Assembly: GCA_051294375.1 (NCBI GenBank)
Contig: CM119263.1
Location: forward strand, 7,674,635 to 7,738,634
Direction of reading: 5' to 3'
DNA: 64,000 bases
Source of the DNA: Paraspadella gotoi
Taxonomy: Eukaryota > Animalia > Chaetognatha
Within the stretch, counting starts at the first letter, position 1; each line of letters starts with the position of its first letter. The position numbers were made by a program, and so were the translations under genes. Under the pieces are notes generated by a model. It had not been told where the DNA came from and searched no databases. It was given only the letters and a program-made list of their open reading frames with translations. Positions 62,288 to 64,000 of this stretch are shown piece by piece.

Positions 62288-63907
62288 ATGAATTCTCAGT
62301 CGGTGGTGGGAGAATTTTACGACATCGGTAAGCTAATTGTCGAGTTCGAAAGAGCGAATCATTGAACTTTCTTTTTATTATCGCTTTTTTAGTTTTTATC
62401 GTTTAAACTTTCTTTTTAATTAAAAATTGATGCGGCGTCTGACAAACTTTTAAGAAAAACTGATATATTATCATAATCATTATTAAATTTTTATAAGGTA
62501 AAATATTTGTATCATTATCTATCAAAAAGACAATATAAACAATTTTCCGAAGTCGAACCAGAGATATGTATTATATCTATTGTCTACGGATATTCATATC
62601 ATATTATGAGATATGCTTACTTAAAAATTGCCCAATGCCCATTACTTTCATTTAAGACATCAACGGGGAAGACCAGACGAGAGCCGAAGATTTGAGTTTG
62701 GTCGATCGTCATCTGATTCGACGCCTAGCGGCAAAATTTCTTTTGGCCAAACTCCGCCGCCTGGGCCTCTCCTTTAAACGGCGAAAGAGCGAAAGCTCAA
62801 AATCATCTTTGGGCTTGTGGAACTCCTCCCTGGAATGTCTGCTGGAGCGAGACCGACAATTTCATCAAACCGCAAAAATACCGATCATTTATGACGAAAT
62901 TCTCAACGGTTTAGAAGGAAGGGGTTTGCAGGTGTGGTTCGGGTTAGTCAAAAATTATCATCGCGCTATCAAATGGTTTAAAAATATATCAGTTATATAT
63001 ATTCGTTTAAATAACAATTTTCCTAGTAGAACGTACTTACATTTCACAATATACTTACGTATATAATTAATAATTTTAATATTTAACAAATGAGAGGATT
63101 TGGCAGCAGCAACACGCGACCTCATCAGATCATCTCTCTTTCTGTTTACTGTAATTTCATGATTCCTTTGACATCCCGTGATCCTACTAGTTAACCTCGA
63201 GAATTTATTGCCCTCCATAAAAAAAGTACATCACCATATATTAACATTTCGGTCAACAGGTTGAGGGGATACTCCGCATCCCCGGCTCGGCCGCCCGCAT
63301 CCGCGCCCTCCGCGACCGCCTCGAAAAACAATACAACGCAGGCAGCTCCAAGTTCGACTGGGGCGAAACCCGCGTCAACGATGTGGCCGCCCTCATGAAG
63401 CAGTTCCTCCGGGAGTTGCCGCAACCCTTGCTGACAAACGAATTGGTAGAGGCTTTCGTCGTCGTCGGAAAACTCCGCGACGATGAGCAGCGTCGACACT
63501 TTCTCAATCTGCTCGTCCTGGCGTTGCCCGACGTCCATAGAGACTGTCTCAAGCGTCTCCTGCTCTTCCTCGACCGTGTCGTCTCCCACGAGAGCAGCAA
63601 CAAGATGACGTTGTCCAGTGTTTCCACCATCATGGCGCCAAATCTTTTCTTGCCGCCGCGCGTCACCGGTCGAGCTCGGGGTTACAGGATCAAAAAGAAC
63701 GAGGTTGATTTGGCGCAGGACACGGCGGGGATCGTGGAGACGCTGATTCGACGCCACGAGGAATTGTGGCTCGTGTCGGAGACAATGATGGAGACGCTCA
63801 GGTCCATCCACTCACAACGACAACAACCGTCTCAGCCGCTCAAGAGAATCATGTGCGGTTGCTTCGATAGGTATCCGAAAAATACGTTAGCTCTTATGAC
63901 AGATTGA
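62288..63907 (+). CDS. Rho GTPase-activating protein, ARHGAP18/28/40 (conundrum)-like; exons 62288-62327 (tentative), 62657-62931, 63260-63907
   Basis: Spliced RhoGAP domain SLECLLERDRQ...KIPIIYDEILNGLEGRGLQ|VEGILRIPGSAARIRALRDRLE...DVAALMKQFLRELPQPLLT...LPDVHRDCLKRLLLFLDRVV...NKMTLSSVSTIMAPNLF with an intact arginine finger (GILR). The upstream TRAEDLS..D...IRRLA segment resembles the ARHGAP18 family. The true 5' end is uncertain. Confidence 0.85.
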
Positions 63908-64000
63908 AATACAATTAATAGGACATATAAAAAAATAAAATAGTGTATATAAAAATATTTTGAAATTGCAATTATTCTAATTAAAAAAACAAAACAAAAA

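Overview
Eukaryotic (metazoan, probably protostome invertebrate) draft-assembly window with AT-rich introns, GC-rich exons, many (GA/CT)n microsatellites and several N gaps. From ~24.2 kb onward there is a co-oriented + strand gene run: CASKIN (3 coding exons), C2CD5, BFAR-like (RING-TM-SAM), cortactin, an intronless 1.3-kaa type I membrane protein (Cys-rich domain + PAN/apple + ALK/LTK-like glycine-rich domain, no kinase) and an ARHGAP18/28/40-like RhoGAP. Three things are not visible in the ORF track. (1) A complete 5-exon Ly6/three-finger (Quiver/sleepless-like, GPI-anchored) gene is nested antisense in a 3-kb cortactin intron. (2) Next to it sits a TA-flanked non-autonomous TIR element carrying a ~270-nt highly structured GC-rich segment at its right end. 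(3) C2CD5-BFAR-CTTN show operon-like spacing, with polyA signals followed closely by unpaired 3' splice sites. Positions 4011-24861 form a ~21-kb inverted duplication that includes a frameshifted copy of CASKIN exon 1; its indel pattern and junctions point to an assembly or amplification artefact rather than biology. All gene models were built by hand from GT-AG sites and frame continuity; no database search was run.
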